A DNA stretch of 64,000 nucleotides from Paraspadella gotoi (lineage: Eukaryota > Animalia > Chaetognatha). The stretch is taken from positions 26,924,551 to 26,988,550 of the forward strand of contig CM119266.1 in assembly GCA_051294375.1 (NCBI GenBank). The letters run 5' to 3'. The notes beneath the pieces were generated by a model. It was not told the origin of the DNA. It saw nothing but the letters and a program-made list of their open reading frames with translations, and did not search any database. The translations under genes and the position numbers were made by a program. This document shows, one piece after another, positions 47,029-61,300 of this stretch; position 1 is the stretch's first letter, and each line of letters starts with the position of its first letter.

Positions 47029-49216
47029 TGGAACCGGATTTTTCATAACTTTGAGATGGAAACCATAAAAACTGATATTTATCAATACTGGAAAACTACC
47101 AAGTCAATATAAAACCACCTGTCCAGTCTGTTTCTCCCTCGCACACATTCCTTCTCATTTTCCCAGTTTTCAACCGAAAATCTATTTTTATCCTCGTCAC
47201 GATTCCAGTCGAGTCGAACCTCGACGGAACTTAATGCTTTGTCTTTTGGGTTTTTTTTTTCTTACGCACTCAATCACTTCGCACAAAAGCGATCTTGAAA
47301 GCATTACACACACTCTCAGTCACATCCTTTCTCTCTTTCTCTCTGTCTTTCTCTCACCGGAAGTGACGCCGCAGTTCCCAGTTCCAATCTTGACGCGAAT
47401 GTCTTCCTTCCTCAAGACGTTGATGTCGGGTTCCTGGATTCGTCCGTTGACGGTCAAGTAGCTCTGCGGCGCGTACTTGTAGATCTTAATCTTCTTGTCC
47501 TTCTCTGGGAATGCCTCGAACACGGGGTCGGGGTAAACCTGAAAGTAAAAGGAATGGGGTGAAGGGTAGGGAGGCAAAGGTTAGATAAAGTAAGATAAAG
47601 TAAGATCTGTTCCCCATATATAACCTTCCCATCAAAACCTTAGCAAACTTTCGATCCGCCAAATAATCATATTTGGGTTTTGCAATCAAAGGCGGTTTTT
47701 TTTCATTAATGTGTTAAATTGTACTTTTTATCTTTCAAAACAAAGAAAATTGAAATACAATTTTTTATATCATTTTGATCGTAAGAGTGATGGAGGCCTT
47801 AAACCACCAAAGCATGTCCAAAGTCAGGGGCAAGTTATTACATGAATGGATAATTTTTATATTGGTTGTACCAATTTCATAATAATTACTACAACACAGT
47901 GAATATAGTATAAACTCATAAAGGCAAGAGAAGATGCAGAAAAGATATAAGTAAATACGAATATAAACTGTAGTCATCCGATTCTCAAAATGGGGGAAAC
48001 AGAGAAGGAAGACTTCTTGGTTTTTTATCTTTATCGGATTCCCACCACCCGACCCGAACCTCTTACGCGGTTATCGCTATTTTTTTTCTTTCCTCAGCGT
48101 CGTCTAATTTTGTTTTTCAACAGCTGCTTTCCTCACCATTTCTGACGCGTACTTTACAGGTGAATCAGGCGACAAATGTTTAATCAGGCGAATCAGGTGA
48201 ATCAGGCGACAAATGTCACCACCAAACTCGGAGACCTTTGCAGTTGAATCAGGCGACAAATGTTGAATCAGGCGAATCAGGTGAATCAGGCGACAAATGT
48301 CACCACCAAACTCGGAGACCTTTGCAGTTGAACTGCACCAAAGGCAAAATAGGCTGGCGAACCCGACTCTTGCCTGCTACCTGCCTACTAACATAAGCTA
48401 TCTTTTGTAGCCAATTATATTTATAAATTTTAAATTGTCGGCGATATGAGTTAATTTTTAATGCTTGTAAGTGAAGTGGCTAGCTTGCCGTGGCACTCAC
48501 CTTAATCTTATCCAAGGACCCAGTTTGCGTCAACGTCTTGGCGGCGGCGACGGCGTCCAACAAAAATCCGTAGTGGACTTCGACCGGCGATTCGTAGCTG
48601 GATTTGACGCCAGAGGCGCTGATGTCGGGAGTCACGCAGCTGCAAAATGAAACAAAAGGCTCCTGAGATATTGTGACAAGGGGTTTTGAGAAGAAAATAT
48701 GGAGAGAGAAAAAACGTCGATAATTCTTGCGAAGTTTATTTTAACATTAACAAAATAATTTTAAATCGATAACGAAAACTCGGAACTAAAGATTGTATTT
48801 AGCCGCTGTAGTCGCTTACATATCTCAAGGTTACCCGTCTTTTTTTGGCAAAATAGATGGCCACCGATGCCAGAATCCCCTCGACACCATCGAAGACGCA
48901 TTGGCAACCAACAACATCAAATTGCAACGGCATCAACTTCATCTCCGCAATTTATTATCGGGGCGACCGACGTCCCCAAACAAAGAACGCGCACCTCTCG
49001 TCTTCATACAAAATTCAATCGATTCGGGGCACAAAATGGAGTACGCAATCAACAACAATCACGACAACAACAACGACAAACCGGCGGCGTTATCAACAAC
49101 GGATACCATCTACGCAAGAGAGAACAGGCAGCGACGCGTATTGACAAAAAGCGGGAATTAATGGAAACAAATTGAGCGAAGGGAGAGAGAGAGAGCGAAT
49201 GAAAAAACAAAACGGC

Positions 49217-49262
<46 letters not shown>

Positions 49263-51144
49263 GCTTAACTCAATTTACAAGAGCAAATTGAGACGAAAGC
49301 AAGTTTCCCGCGCGTTGCCGGAAGGGAGCAGGGTGGGATCCAGTTTCCCTTATGAAAGATAAGGAAAGAAGAAAGCAAAACGGAAGGGCGGGAGGGTGAG
49401 GAAAAGAGGGTCGGGGTATTGGTAAGGCGTAAAAGAGGCAGGGCGAGCCGAGTATAGAAGAGAGGAGAGAGAACAATTCTCAGATAAAAAAGATGGGAAG
49501 AGAGAGAAGAGAGACAGACTTTGGAGAAAAGAAAAAAAATAAATGGACGGAGAGAAACAGATCGAAAAGAATTGTCAAAGACAAGGAAAAGCATGGGACA
49601 TGGCAGCTGCTTAGCGTATGTCCCTGGGAAAATGAATTTAAAACCGAATCGAAGCTAAAAAAAAATCTCGAAAACCGCGAGGGGAAGAGGAAGCAGGGAA
49701 GAGGGAGCAGGGAAGAGGGAGCAGGGAAGAGGGGGGAAAGGGGGAGAAGGGGGAGGTGGGGAGAAAGGGGAGGGAAGAAAAGAGAGTTAATGTGCCGTAC
49801 AGGTGGAAACCAGAGAAATTATGTAGCCGTTTTGAGTTTGTGAATCTGGAATTTCAATTTAGAGTATTACGTATAAAATATCAATATACCCGAAATGCAC
49901 TGGCACTCTTTTCCTTCTTTATAATTATATGTCTTCAGATTAATTTAAAATACTTACTATATTTACTGTACCTAGTTTTCAAAAAGAAAAAAAATTGACG
50001 GTTAAATAGTTGTCATTTTTGGAATTTACTTAACTAATACTTTTAATCTCGACTGTCTCATACTGAAACAGGAAATGAGGTCATTGAAGAAGAAGAAGAA
50101 GAAAGCAGAAACAAAAAAAAGAAAGAACGCAAGAAAAAAAAAAAGGAACGAAAGAAAGAAAGATGGAAAGAATAAAAGAAAAAAATTAAGGATGGGAAAG
50201 GAAGCGAAGACGGCAGATTTACGACTGGTCCCAATAAGACGATGAATAAAGGAAGGGATAAGAAGAAGAAAATGGACCCGAAAATAAATACAGGAAAAAA
50301 AAGAATCAAGGAAAAGAAAGAAAGAGGTACGGAGAAGAAAAAAGAAATTGAAAAAATCAAAATAAAAAACTGCGAAAAAAATATTTAAAAAAGAAAAAAA
50401 TTCGAGAGACGAGAGAGAAAAAAGAAAAGACAAGAAAAGAAAAAAGAGAAGAAAAAGAGAAAAGTTAAAGAAGAAGAAAGTAGCGAAAGGGAAGGAAAGT
50501 AGGTCGTTGAGAAGCGAAACAAACGGAAACAAAGCTTCGTCACCAGTCGTTGTCTTGGTCGTCGTCGTCGTCGTCGTTTTTGCAGTCGGCAATAAACCGA
50601 AACATCGGGAATCAACAAAAGAGGAAAAAAACGGTGGAACCGCGAATCTTAAAGTCAAATTGTCTATGTCGTACATTGGGCAATATGGATTCTTGTGCAT
50701 TACATTTTGTGATTCAAAACATTCATTCGCCATCTCTGCATGTCCTCTTTTGACATGCGCCTTTTTAAATTCCTTACTTCACCAAATCAAACTATCCACC
50801 AGGTTCACCCGACCGAAAAGAGGAACCAGCCGCCTCTCTACCAAGAAAGCCACTACTTTCTGTCTTTTGATCACCCTTCCCATAATCAATGCCCTTTCCC
50901 CGATAACCCTCACCATAATCCCTTACCAAATATCCCCAATCCCTTTCTCCATCACTCTCCCGCCAGTTTTTTTCTTGCCCCCCCCCTCTTTTCCCCGCGT
51001 TTCTCACGTCATTAAATCGTCGTTTTTCACGCGACAGCGCGACCGAAACTCTGCGCTGCCGACTTTGATGAACATCCGGGGATTCTGGATGATACCGAGG
51101 CGCGTTCCCCTCACGAGGAGCGAGTTCCCGCCGGAGACGACGAC

Positions 51145-51186
<42 letters not shown>

Positions 51187-52336
51187 TGATCATTGGAAGT
51201 GACAGGATCCGCTCGACCTCTCTCACGCTGTCACGGCTCATTCCATGAGTATCCTTAGAAACGGTAAACAGCAGCATCACGTCGAGGTGTTTGTGGGGTG
51301 GGGGGGGGGAAGTCAATAAAGGTGGCGCTAAGACGAGGTCGGAGCGCTGGGCCGAAGAAATACATCACGCGTCCTTGACGGTGAGAGAGAAGGGACGCGT
51401 CAGTTTTAACGGGCGTGATCGTCTCCGACTAATTACCCGTGACGCAAGATACTAAAAGTTAGACAACGCTAAACCTGTTCGCCCGTGAACTGCTTCACCT
51501 CAGCCTCCATTACTTTTACCTCAACCTCTATTCACGGACATTTTTTTACCTCGAGAGATTTGGCATTAGCCGCGTATTGTCATTTTTAAATTTATATGTA
51601 AATATTTAAATTTATTGTTATTTTTACCCCTCGTTGATTTTTAAAAGCCCACAAATTTGACCTTGAAAGATATGCGACTTTCCGACTGACATTTCATTAC
51701 CCATTGACCTTTCAACAGACCTATGACCTTCCCAATGACCTTTGACGTCCCCCCCAACCGACCTTCAAAGGTTCGACGGCGATGACCTGCGGGTCGTCCA
51801 CGTATTCGAAGAGAACGTTTTTCGGCGCCTTGATCGTCGCCCAGTCCATCGTCATCTGCGGAGGAATAAACGGCGTTAACGAGGCCGTTAACCAGGGCGT
51901 TAACGACGACGGCGGTGAGCGGGATCTGCCGCCGCGCCGCAGTTCTCTTTCTCTCTCTCNNNNNNNNNNTCTCTCTCTCTCGGCCATTTTGTAAGGAAAT
52001 TTACATTTAATATCTATAAAGTGTCTTAATCGTTACTTATTTGTGATAACCTCGATGAAATGTTATAATCAAAATCTTCGCCTCTATCACAACCAATAAC
52101 CGACAGGCAAAAAATGAGTAACAAACTAACACATTACACAAAAAAGTCAAACAAAAAATGATTCGTTTTTTATTTCTAGACGCGAACATACGGCTTCGTG
52201 CGCCGCAATACGATCGCGGCAAATTTAAAAACAAAACTGACAGAAAAAAAATTTTGCGCTCAGATCTTCTCTTTTGTCGTGAATCAAAATTACCACATTT
52301 TTTCAGCCCTCTCTTTTCATCACACATTCTCGCGTC

Positions 52337-52371
<35 letters not shown>

Positions 52372-55300
52372 TTATCTCTCCTTTATCAGTAACGATATTT
52401 AAGCGAGCAAAAAACGACTTCGTCGACCCACTTCAAACTACCCCAGTAAAACCACCTTCAACAAAATACAACTTAAAAAGTGAGTAAACCTTACCCGTCC
52501 CCCCTTCCTCACCTTGACGCCGCCGGGAAGCTTGAACCGTTTTCGGCGACTAGGAGCGGCGCCCGACAAAGCCGGCGCCGCCGCGCCAGACGACGCCGCC
52601 GACGTGACGCAGACGAGGCGCGACTTTTGCCGAGATCCCGGTTCCACCGAACACGGAAATTCGGCGACCCAGACTTGGACTTTGGATCCGGCGTCGAGGT
52701 GGTCGCCGTGGACGATCACGGTGGTGCCTTTGGGGTTGTGGTGGTTAAGTTGGTGAGTAACGAATGGGACTGATTGATGGCGCTCTTTCTTTCCTTCTTT
52801 TTCTTTTTTCCATTCTTTTTTTCCCTTATTTCTTTCCTTATTTTTTCTTTCTTTCTTTCTTTCATTTAGACTCTCTATATCTCCGCTCTTGGGCCCCCTC
52901 TTCGGCCCCCTCTTCTTTATACCTCCGCTCTTGGGCCCCCTCTTCGGCTCAATCTGGCGGATGCTCGGAGTGACGTAGGTAAAGTCCGAAGTGGACCGAC
53001 CCTCGAACCGGTTAACGCGCACCCACACGTGATCTTGACGTTCGAATCGCGACGCCCCCGTGCGGCACACGATGCGGGACGCCGTCTCGTACAAATCTAT
53101 GTTCGGGGAGGGGAACAATGGGCGCGAGGTTATTTTAAACCGTTTAGGAAACAAAATAATGCTATAGTTCAACGTCGATTTGTATATATTGTTTGTATGA
53201 TTCTTTCCAATGTTTATACGTAACTAGTAATCAACTGTATTTTTATTTGAGAACTTAGACAAACGAAATGACTTTGTCCTTTAATTTGCCGTTTCTTTTA
53301 GTAAGGATAAATTTTAAATAAATATTTTTGGAGAGCCATAGGCTAAAAATTGAATACGACGTCTCAAAGATGCTCTTTTACCCTTGGGACGCATGCTTGG
53401 GTTTAAAAAAATCTAGATTTTTTTTAACAAAAGAGCATCGAGTAGAAAATAAGAAAAAGAACTGGAAGGGGCGCTGCTTGATTGCGCCGCCAAAAAGGAA
53501 AATCGATGGCAGATGTCGCCGCCATTAGTGAGGAGGAAGAAAGGAAAGGAGGAGGAGGAGAGGAGGAGGAAGAGAGGAGAGGAGAAGGAAGAGAGGAGAG
53601 GAGGAGGAAGAGAGGAGGAGGAGAGGAGGAGGAGAGGAGAGAGGATGGGGGGATCTAGGGATGAAGGAAGAATCACGATGGGACGATATAAAGTTACAAA
53701 TGAATAGAAAAGTAATAGGAAGTAAATTATCTCAATTAAATATGTCTTCCCCCCATTTAAAACAATATTGCACGTAAAAAATATGTATCCCGCGTTTTTA
53801 TAAAAGCTGTCATAAACAAAAAACTTTTTTCTCAACGAAAAAACGCAAAATGAATAATAATAAAAAAAAAGAATCTCTTTTTCTCTCGCCCCTCATTTCC
53901 CAGCGAAAACATCAAGGCGTTTTAATTAAAGAATAAAAACGCATCGGAAGGAGGACGAGTGGAAAGAAGACAACGACGACGACGACGACAATTGACAAAA
54001 GAAATCGAAAAGAAAAGAAACTGACAAAAGGATTCCTTTCCCTCCCCCAAACTAGGAAAAAGCGATTCGCGGATCGGAAGAATTTCTAATTTTACTGACT
54101 TAAATAAAAAAAATTTTTTTTTATTAAAATTCAAAGAAAAATATGGCGGGAAGGGGGGGGGAAGAGAGAAATTAAAAAAGTGGTGATATAAAAAAAACAA
54201 CAAAGCGAAGAAATGGGAATTTAAGGGAAGGAGGAGATGGAATAAGATGGGATAGAATGAGATGGGAGATAAGGGATATTAGGATAGGGGATTTGGTAGG
54301 GGATTGGGTAGGGGCTGTCAAGGGGAACAGAATAAAGGTAAATAGTAAAAAGACAAAGGGGGGATAAATAAAGTTAAGAAGATCATAACAAAATCAAGGG
54401 TGTAAAAAAAAGAAGAGAAAAGGGAAAGAAAAAACATTTTATTGCGAATCGATAAAAGAACAACATTTTGTTTTTTTAAATGTTTTCTTCGTCTAACGAA
54501 TTCGCAATCGAAAAAAAAAGGATTTTACAGTCGTCAGATACATTTTGTCAGCGTCTTTGAAACAAACGCTATCGTAAAAACTGCAAACGTCACCAACACA
54601 ATCCACCAGAACAAAGTTTCATCGACTCACTCTTATAAGGGACGCAGACGATTCCGGCGACGAGGACGCCATCTTTGATGTCCTCGTACTTTTGTCCCAA
54701 GTTGAGACCCTCGATCGTGACGTCGGTCCCGCCCTCTTTGGGTCCGCTTTTGGGGAAGAAGCTCGTGATGGACGGGTTCGGACAAGTCGCTGCCAAAATG
54801 GAATCGAAAGAAAACTTAGTTATTATTGTTATTATGTATCGAAAGTATGTATCAATAGTGGATGACCTCCCGAGCGATACATGACTTTAAATATTAAAGT
54901 TTGATTATAAAACAAAAATTATATCCACGCCAAAGTTTTGTAGAGCAGTTATTCAGCCAATAGCTTCGCAAAACTATCTGGGTTTTTTCGACGTCTCTTG
55001 GTCTCTAGCTCTTTGCTCTATCTCTTTGGTGTCTACTTATTCGGATTGCTCATCTGACCAAATTATTCTGCCTCTTGATTCGACCGCTTCACCAATAACC
55101 GCCGCCACCATTATCCGCCCAACCTCACCTCGACGACTCATGTGAAAAGCTTCAGACGCCCGATAATTAAAAGGAAAACAATATTTCATTATCATGCAAA
55201 TTGAATTTTTGGAAGAAACGCAGAATTTCGTCTAAACAAAAATTAAAAAAAACAAAAAAAAAAACAAACAAAAAAACAAGGCCCACCCACCGACTGCGGG

Positions 55301-58300
55301 CGACTCGTTAAACAAAAGGCTTTTTCATTCTCCATTTTATAAAAATAGAATCAAATTAAATAATCCTTCGAAAACCGGCATTGCTCGGAATTTTTCTAGA
55401 AAAAAAAAATCAACCTGGATGTTTTTTTTTCATATATATAAAGGAGAAATCAAAAAAGGAAAAGCGTAGTCGGAGTCGGTTGCTTCGCGTGTCACCGCGA
55501 CTTGGCGGGAAGAGGTCGAGTTCAAGACCGGTTGCGAACGTGAAGCGCTTAGAAATTGACCGGTCGATGGCGCGTGACTGACAGAAGAGAACAAAGAGAT
55601 AGGGAGAGAGACAACTCATTGGAGAACGAAAGCCGAATGATTCTGTCGCAAAACTCAATTATTTAAAACGGTAATATAAAAGAAAGTTCTTTTTTTTTTA
55701 AGGATAAGAAAGACCGACTGACCCTCGAAATCAAGTCTACATAATCTTTGGTAATCAACTGAACAAATCAAAAGAGAAATAGAATATAAAAGACCCAAAA
55801 CTAGAGAAACCTTAGAATTGAAACGCTGACGTCATCGTGGCCCGAAAAAAACACTGGGGAGTTCGAAAGGGCGGTGGGAAAGATTTCCATCTTGGCCGCC
55901 AGGAGACGCCAATCGGTTCGAATACGCGCGACGAGGACGGGAGATGCGGGCGGAAGGAGAGGGAGGGGGGGGGACGATGGGCAATAAAATGCGCGGGACG
56001 GGCATCGACCCTGGAAGCGCGAAACGTGGAACCAACGAATAAAATGTTCAACGCTAGAATCCCGTTATGAGTCTGGAGGCCAGATGCATAGAGCGAGAAG
56101 GGAAGCGGCGGCTCGTATGCGAGCTTCGAGGCACCCGACCGCCAGCACTGACGGGCCGGGTTGGGCCGGGCTGGGCCGGGCCGCCACGGCTGCGCTAAAA
56201 CGCGGTGACCACAGAGTAACGTATATTGTATACGTATAACTGGCACTAAACTTGAGCTAGAATGCGTCTCGCTTGAAAAGTTTCACTCAAGAAATGGCAA
56301 TTGAAGTTAACTAAGAAGAGGATACCGATAGGGATCGTGAGCCAGTGGCATTTAAATTGCTCTATATAAACGGAGATCTGCCGTTGAACAAATAAGACAA
56401 GGCCAACGCAGTAACATTCAGCTCGGGGCCAGTAACCGACGGCGCTTAGTATACACGCAATACGGGAACCGGAAGAAGGAAGCGGCGGTGGCGTCGGCGA
56501 CGTCGGCCGGCGGCGGCGGCGGAGGCGGCGGCGGCTCGGGAACGAAACGCTCTTTTGTCGCCGGCATAAAAATCTTTTTACGACGGCGGTTGGAGACAGA
56601 GGAGGGGGGGGAGGAAGAGGATTAGTTAAGCAGCAAGGAAAGATAAAAACCAGGGGAAGAGGGAGAGAAGGAGAGAAGGAGAGAGAGAGAAGGAGAGAGA
56701 AAGAGAGGAGAGAGAGAAAAGAAATAAGGAAGAGAACGGAGGAAAAAGAAAAGTGAAGCAAGGAAGGGCGGATAAAAGATCAGGGCGTCGATGCGGAGGA
56801 AAGATACTTAAAAGAAGTGGGGGTAGCGAAAAGATTGAGAAAGAAATCTTGAATAGTTTTATGGATTGTTATGTATGAGAAAAAGAATTAAAAGGGATGG
56901 AAGAATAATATAAATTGTAATAAAAGGGGAAAGAGAGAGAAAGGAAATCTAGGAAAAAGACAACGGTTTCGTCCGACGGTATCTGTCGGTCTGTCAGTCC
57001 GTCGGCGAAGAGAGAGAGAGAGAAGAGCCGCAGCTTCTCTCGACAGCCGACGGTGCCCCTTAAATTCTCACCGCCGTCGCGGAACGTCGCTTTTCCAGCG
57101 ACGGCTTTGCGGAACTTACCCTCCCATCCGCCCCGACCACCGTGGCTCTAATAACTTACCCCCTATTTGCCTAATGGCTCCCACTCCACGCGTTTGACGC
57201 TATTAATTTCTCCAATCAGAGAACCTATTTCTTGATCACCCAATCATTTTTACCGTCATGTAATAGAAGCCGGTAATGTACTAATTGCGTGGAACCGCCG
57301 TTAAACTTAAAATCAAACTTTCCCTTATAAAATCATAAATGAAGTTAACGTTAATTTCGTTCAGTACTTTCGCGAAGAAAAAAATTTATGGAGAAAAAAA
57401 ATCTCTGCCCGAAGCCTCATGTCGTTTAATTATTAATTAACAGCTAATTATATTTCGTCTTTTAACTATCAGAACATTTCAAAGCAGCGAAAAAACTCCC
57501 CCGCTTCATTTTTTCCCCCGATGAATTTTCCCCCGTCGACTTTCTTCCCCTCCTCATTCGCGACGCCGTTCGCCTCATTAATCCTCAACCCTCACCCTCC
57601 TATGTCCCCCCAACCGCTTCACCTTCTTTCTACCCCTCCAACCCTTCCACCGCCTCATCCATTCGCCCCGACGCGGTCTTCGTGCCAGAAACGGCGTCAC
57701 CAGCGGAAAATTGTTGTTGTTTGGATGCCAACAATCCTGGCGCTTGCGGCGGCGGCGGGGGCGGCGGCGTAAGAGATGGTGAGGTGAGACGAGGAAACGT
57801 GAGGTGAGGGAATAGTGACGGGGGGGGGTGAGGCTGAGAAGCTTTAGGTGAATAGAATGCAATAACCGGTAGATGTGCGTCATCGAAAAAAGTAGGTAAA
57901 AATTAGGGAGGAAACAAAAATTTTAGTCGACATATTATTATAACTAAGTTCACGCTTTTGAACGCTTATTTATAGCCCATTTCACGCATTAAATAACAAG
58001 GAAAAGGTCATAAATAAGTAGGCGAGAAAAGATGTGGGTGAAGATGTGGGCGAAGTAAACCGAACGCCTTCCTTTTCAGGTATTAATAAAAAAAAATGGA
58101 GTTGGAGGGTAAGGGCAAAGTGAGTTCAGGCAAAAAAAAAGTAGATGCGGGGAGAATCCAGAGGACGCGGGAAATCTAGAGGACGGAGAGACGTCGGGCG
58201 AAGACGAGGTCGTCGCGACGAAGACGTGAGGTCGGAACGAGGAAGGTAGGGGAGGTAAGGGAGAAGGCAGAGGGAGGGTAGGGGTGGGGGATCGGTGGGA

Positions 58301-61300
58301 GAGAGGTAGGCAGACGGAACAGCGGGTGAGTGCCTCGATTGGTTAAGCGGTGAATGCGGTTGAGCCAAAGTAACGGTTGACTGAAAAAAAACTTTACAGA
58401 ATAACCTAACAAACATAAGCTGTTATTGGTTTTGTTAATATCATTTTTTATATAATTTAAAACAGTTACTTTCCCCCAAAAAAAACATAAGCCGTTTTAT
58501 ATTTAAAGGCTATGAGAATGTTTGACTTTGAGGCAAGCAAGCGTTATCGAAACCGTTTAAGAAATGGGCTCGGTAGTGAGACAATGAGATAAGTCTAGCA
58601 AGCGCTTGAAAAAGGAGCGCTTACGGAGAGTGAACTTGCTCAGAAAAAAAAAAGGTCGAGCGCTTGATAAAAGCGACGGCTCATAACCGACGGTCGGGGA
58701 AAACGCGGTCCTACTTTTTAAAAGAGAACGAACGGGCTGAGCCGAGTTAGCATACGGACCTCTAGGGATCCGGTTCTCTCTCTTTCTCTCTTCTCCGCCC
58801 CTTCCATTCGTAGGCCTCGCTCGCTCCCCGCTCTATCCGTCACGCCAAATTCGCTTACCAGCCCCTCCCCACTTCAGCAAACTCCCTCCAACTCGGTCTC
58901 CACTCTCCAGTCTCTCTTCCCCCTTTCAGTCGCTGGGTCGGAATTTGTTGCCCATCTGTCATTTGTCTCGCGGAAACAATGCGCCCAAGATTTTTTTTTT
59001 TTTCACTCGATCGCTCCCTCTCTCTCTCACTCGTTTTCTGGCGCGCGCGCACGCTCTCTCTCTCTCTTCCCAGAATTAAAAGAATAAAAAAAATCTGACG
59101 TTTAGTAATAAACGCCTCGGCCATTTTTTTCCCCGGAATAATAGATTTCTCCCCTTTTTTTTCCTCAAAATAACAACAAAATTAAGAGACGAGATTCTGG
59201 GCGAGAAAAAGAAAAGTTAATTTCATAAATCTGGGATTCGACTGTGAGATTAAGGAAAACAAAGAAAAAAAGACTTAATAAAAATACCTTTGAATTGATA
59301 ATCGCCTCGATTCTAAAATGATGTTAAGAATTGAATGTCTAAACTAAAGTCGCGAGTTTAAAACGCTTCATATACTTTTTACCCTCACAGGGCTCATAAT
59401 ACTACCACAAAACTATCACTCTAGCCAAAATACCAACTAAGTCCAAAAAGCCTTCCACATCTTTCTCCACAAATCGCTTAACTAAAACTTTCCCCCATTT
59501 GACTCTTCGCAGAAAACTTTCCACAATGAACTATTTCCACAGCAGTCTCCACAAAATATCCCACATGACTCTCCACAGAAAGCTTTCCACAAAACTCTCC
59601 AAAACGCTCTCCTCTTCTCGGCGCCCCTCGACTTCCCCTCTATTTATCAAGACGCGAATCTCAGAGTTTTTGACATAACATTTTTTTTCTTCTCTTCCTT
59701 TTGTCTCGGAGGAAGAGAGAGAGGAAGCTTAGGAGGAGAGGAAGACGCTCTCGCTCTCTCTCTCTCTCGTTCTCCGCAAAAAAAAAAAAAAAACCAAAAA
59801 AAAAAAAAAAAAAACCGAAAAATCTTGTTTAGAAAGAAGCTTTCTTTTTTTCTCGGTCCTCTTTCCGCGTCAATTTGGCGTCACGAAGTTGCCATGACGA
59901 CGGCAACGCCCATCTTACTGACAAAAAAGGTGAAAATTTCTTTTTCACCGCAAAAAAGTGAAGTCATCAGAGATGGAGCCATTGGCGACCTTTACCAACT
60001 TAAACGTCGTTTAGAGTAAAAAAATTATCTCGAAACTTTGTTAAATTCTTAAGTTTTCAAATAGTGAAATACGTTCGCATTTAATCCAATCTAACTTAAT
60101 AAAAAAAAAAAGACTCTCTCTTCTTCTCTTTTCTCCGATCGGAGCCAAAGTTAAGCCGCGAGGAAAAAAAAAACCTGGCAAAGTTGAGATAATCCTTGGG
60201 AGTGATTCTCAAGGATTAACCGGGAGCGACGAACCCTTTCTTCTTTTCTCTTATGAATCTTTTTTTATCTTCCACCAAAATGGCATGGACGGCAGATTGT
60301 CTTTTCATCATAACGAAAGGCTTCACTCTCGAAAGTAGATTTTTTCACGCCAACCAGATTCTTACAGACAAATAACTTATGACAGATCGCTTTTGACCCA
60401 CATCCTCACTGGCAGAGGGTCTCAAAACCTCACCCTAACCTCACCCTAACCTCACCTCACTCCCGACATTCCCCGGGTTTAGATTCGCGGTGAAAAGATG
60501 GATCGACCGAAACCGAAATCCTTTCGGTGAAAGAGACGCTAAATCCTCTTGTTGTTGTTGTTGTTGTGGTTGTTGTCGTTCATTCTCTTTTCTGAGTATA
60601 TAGTTTAATTTAGTTTCATTCTAACTTGAAATGTCTTGTCAACATTATTCGGAAAGCTATTTAACCAATGTTGATTGAAGCAAACCAAAAAGAGGACTAC
60701 GCTACCTATCAAACATTTGATTTCTACCTAATTAAATGAAGAATAATTAGAAACCACGGGCGGAACGTATTTTAACCCTGTGTAGTTACGTGTAGCTGAC
60801 TCACCCAGAGCGTCAAGCCAGATGACGTTGGCGCCGTAGCGTCCGCCCTTGCATTCGTCCTGCGTGGTGCACGTGGATCCGCACCAGCCGCACGCGAAGG
60901 CGGGCGCGAGGGCGAGACACCGGCCGCACGAGTTGGCCATGTGCGCGCACTTGTAGACGACCACGCCCACTCCGCTGGGGTTGTCAAGGCGACGCTCGTT
61001 GCCCCAGGTCACTGCGGTGGGGGGGGGAACGGGGGGGGGTGGGTTTAGCAGGAGGAATGGGTGAAGGAAAAGCAGACGGCGAGAAAAAGCAAAAGGGAGA
61101 AAAAGTGATGAGAAAAAGTGATGAGAATGCTTTAAACGACGACACGATTCTTAAGTTTTAAATTGCTATTGATGTATAGTATATATAACTTTTGATAAAA
61201 TTTGTCAACGAAATTATCTCCCGGCGGCCACAGTCGGGAGAGCAATTGCTCGAATTCGAATATAAATAGTTTCTCTCAGCTAATCAGCGCTAACAAACAA

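Noticed and set aside
41594-50733. Many 60-240 aa F/L/S-rich or K/R/E-rich ORFs
   Set aside because: They are translations of low-complexity purine/pyrimidine intron tracts inside Plexin.
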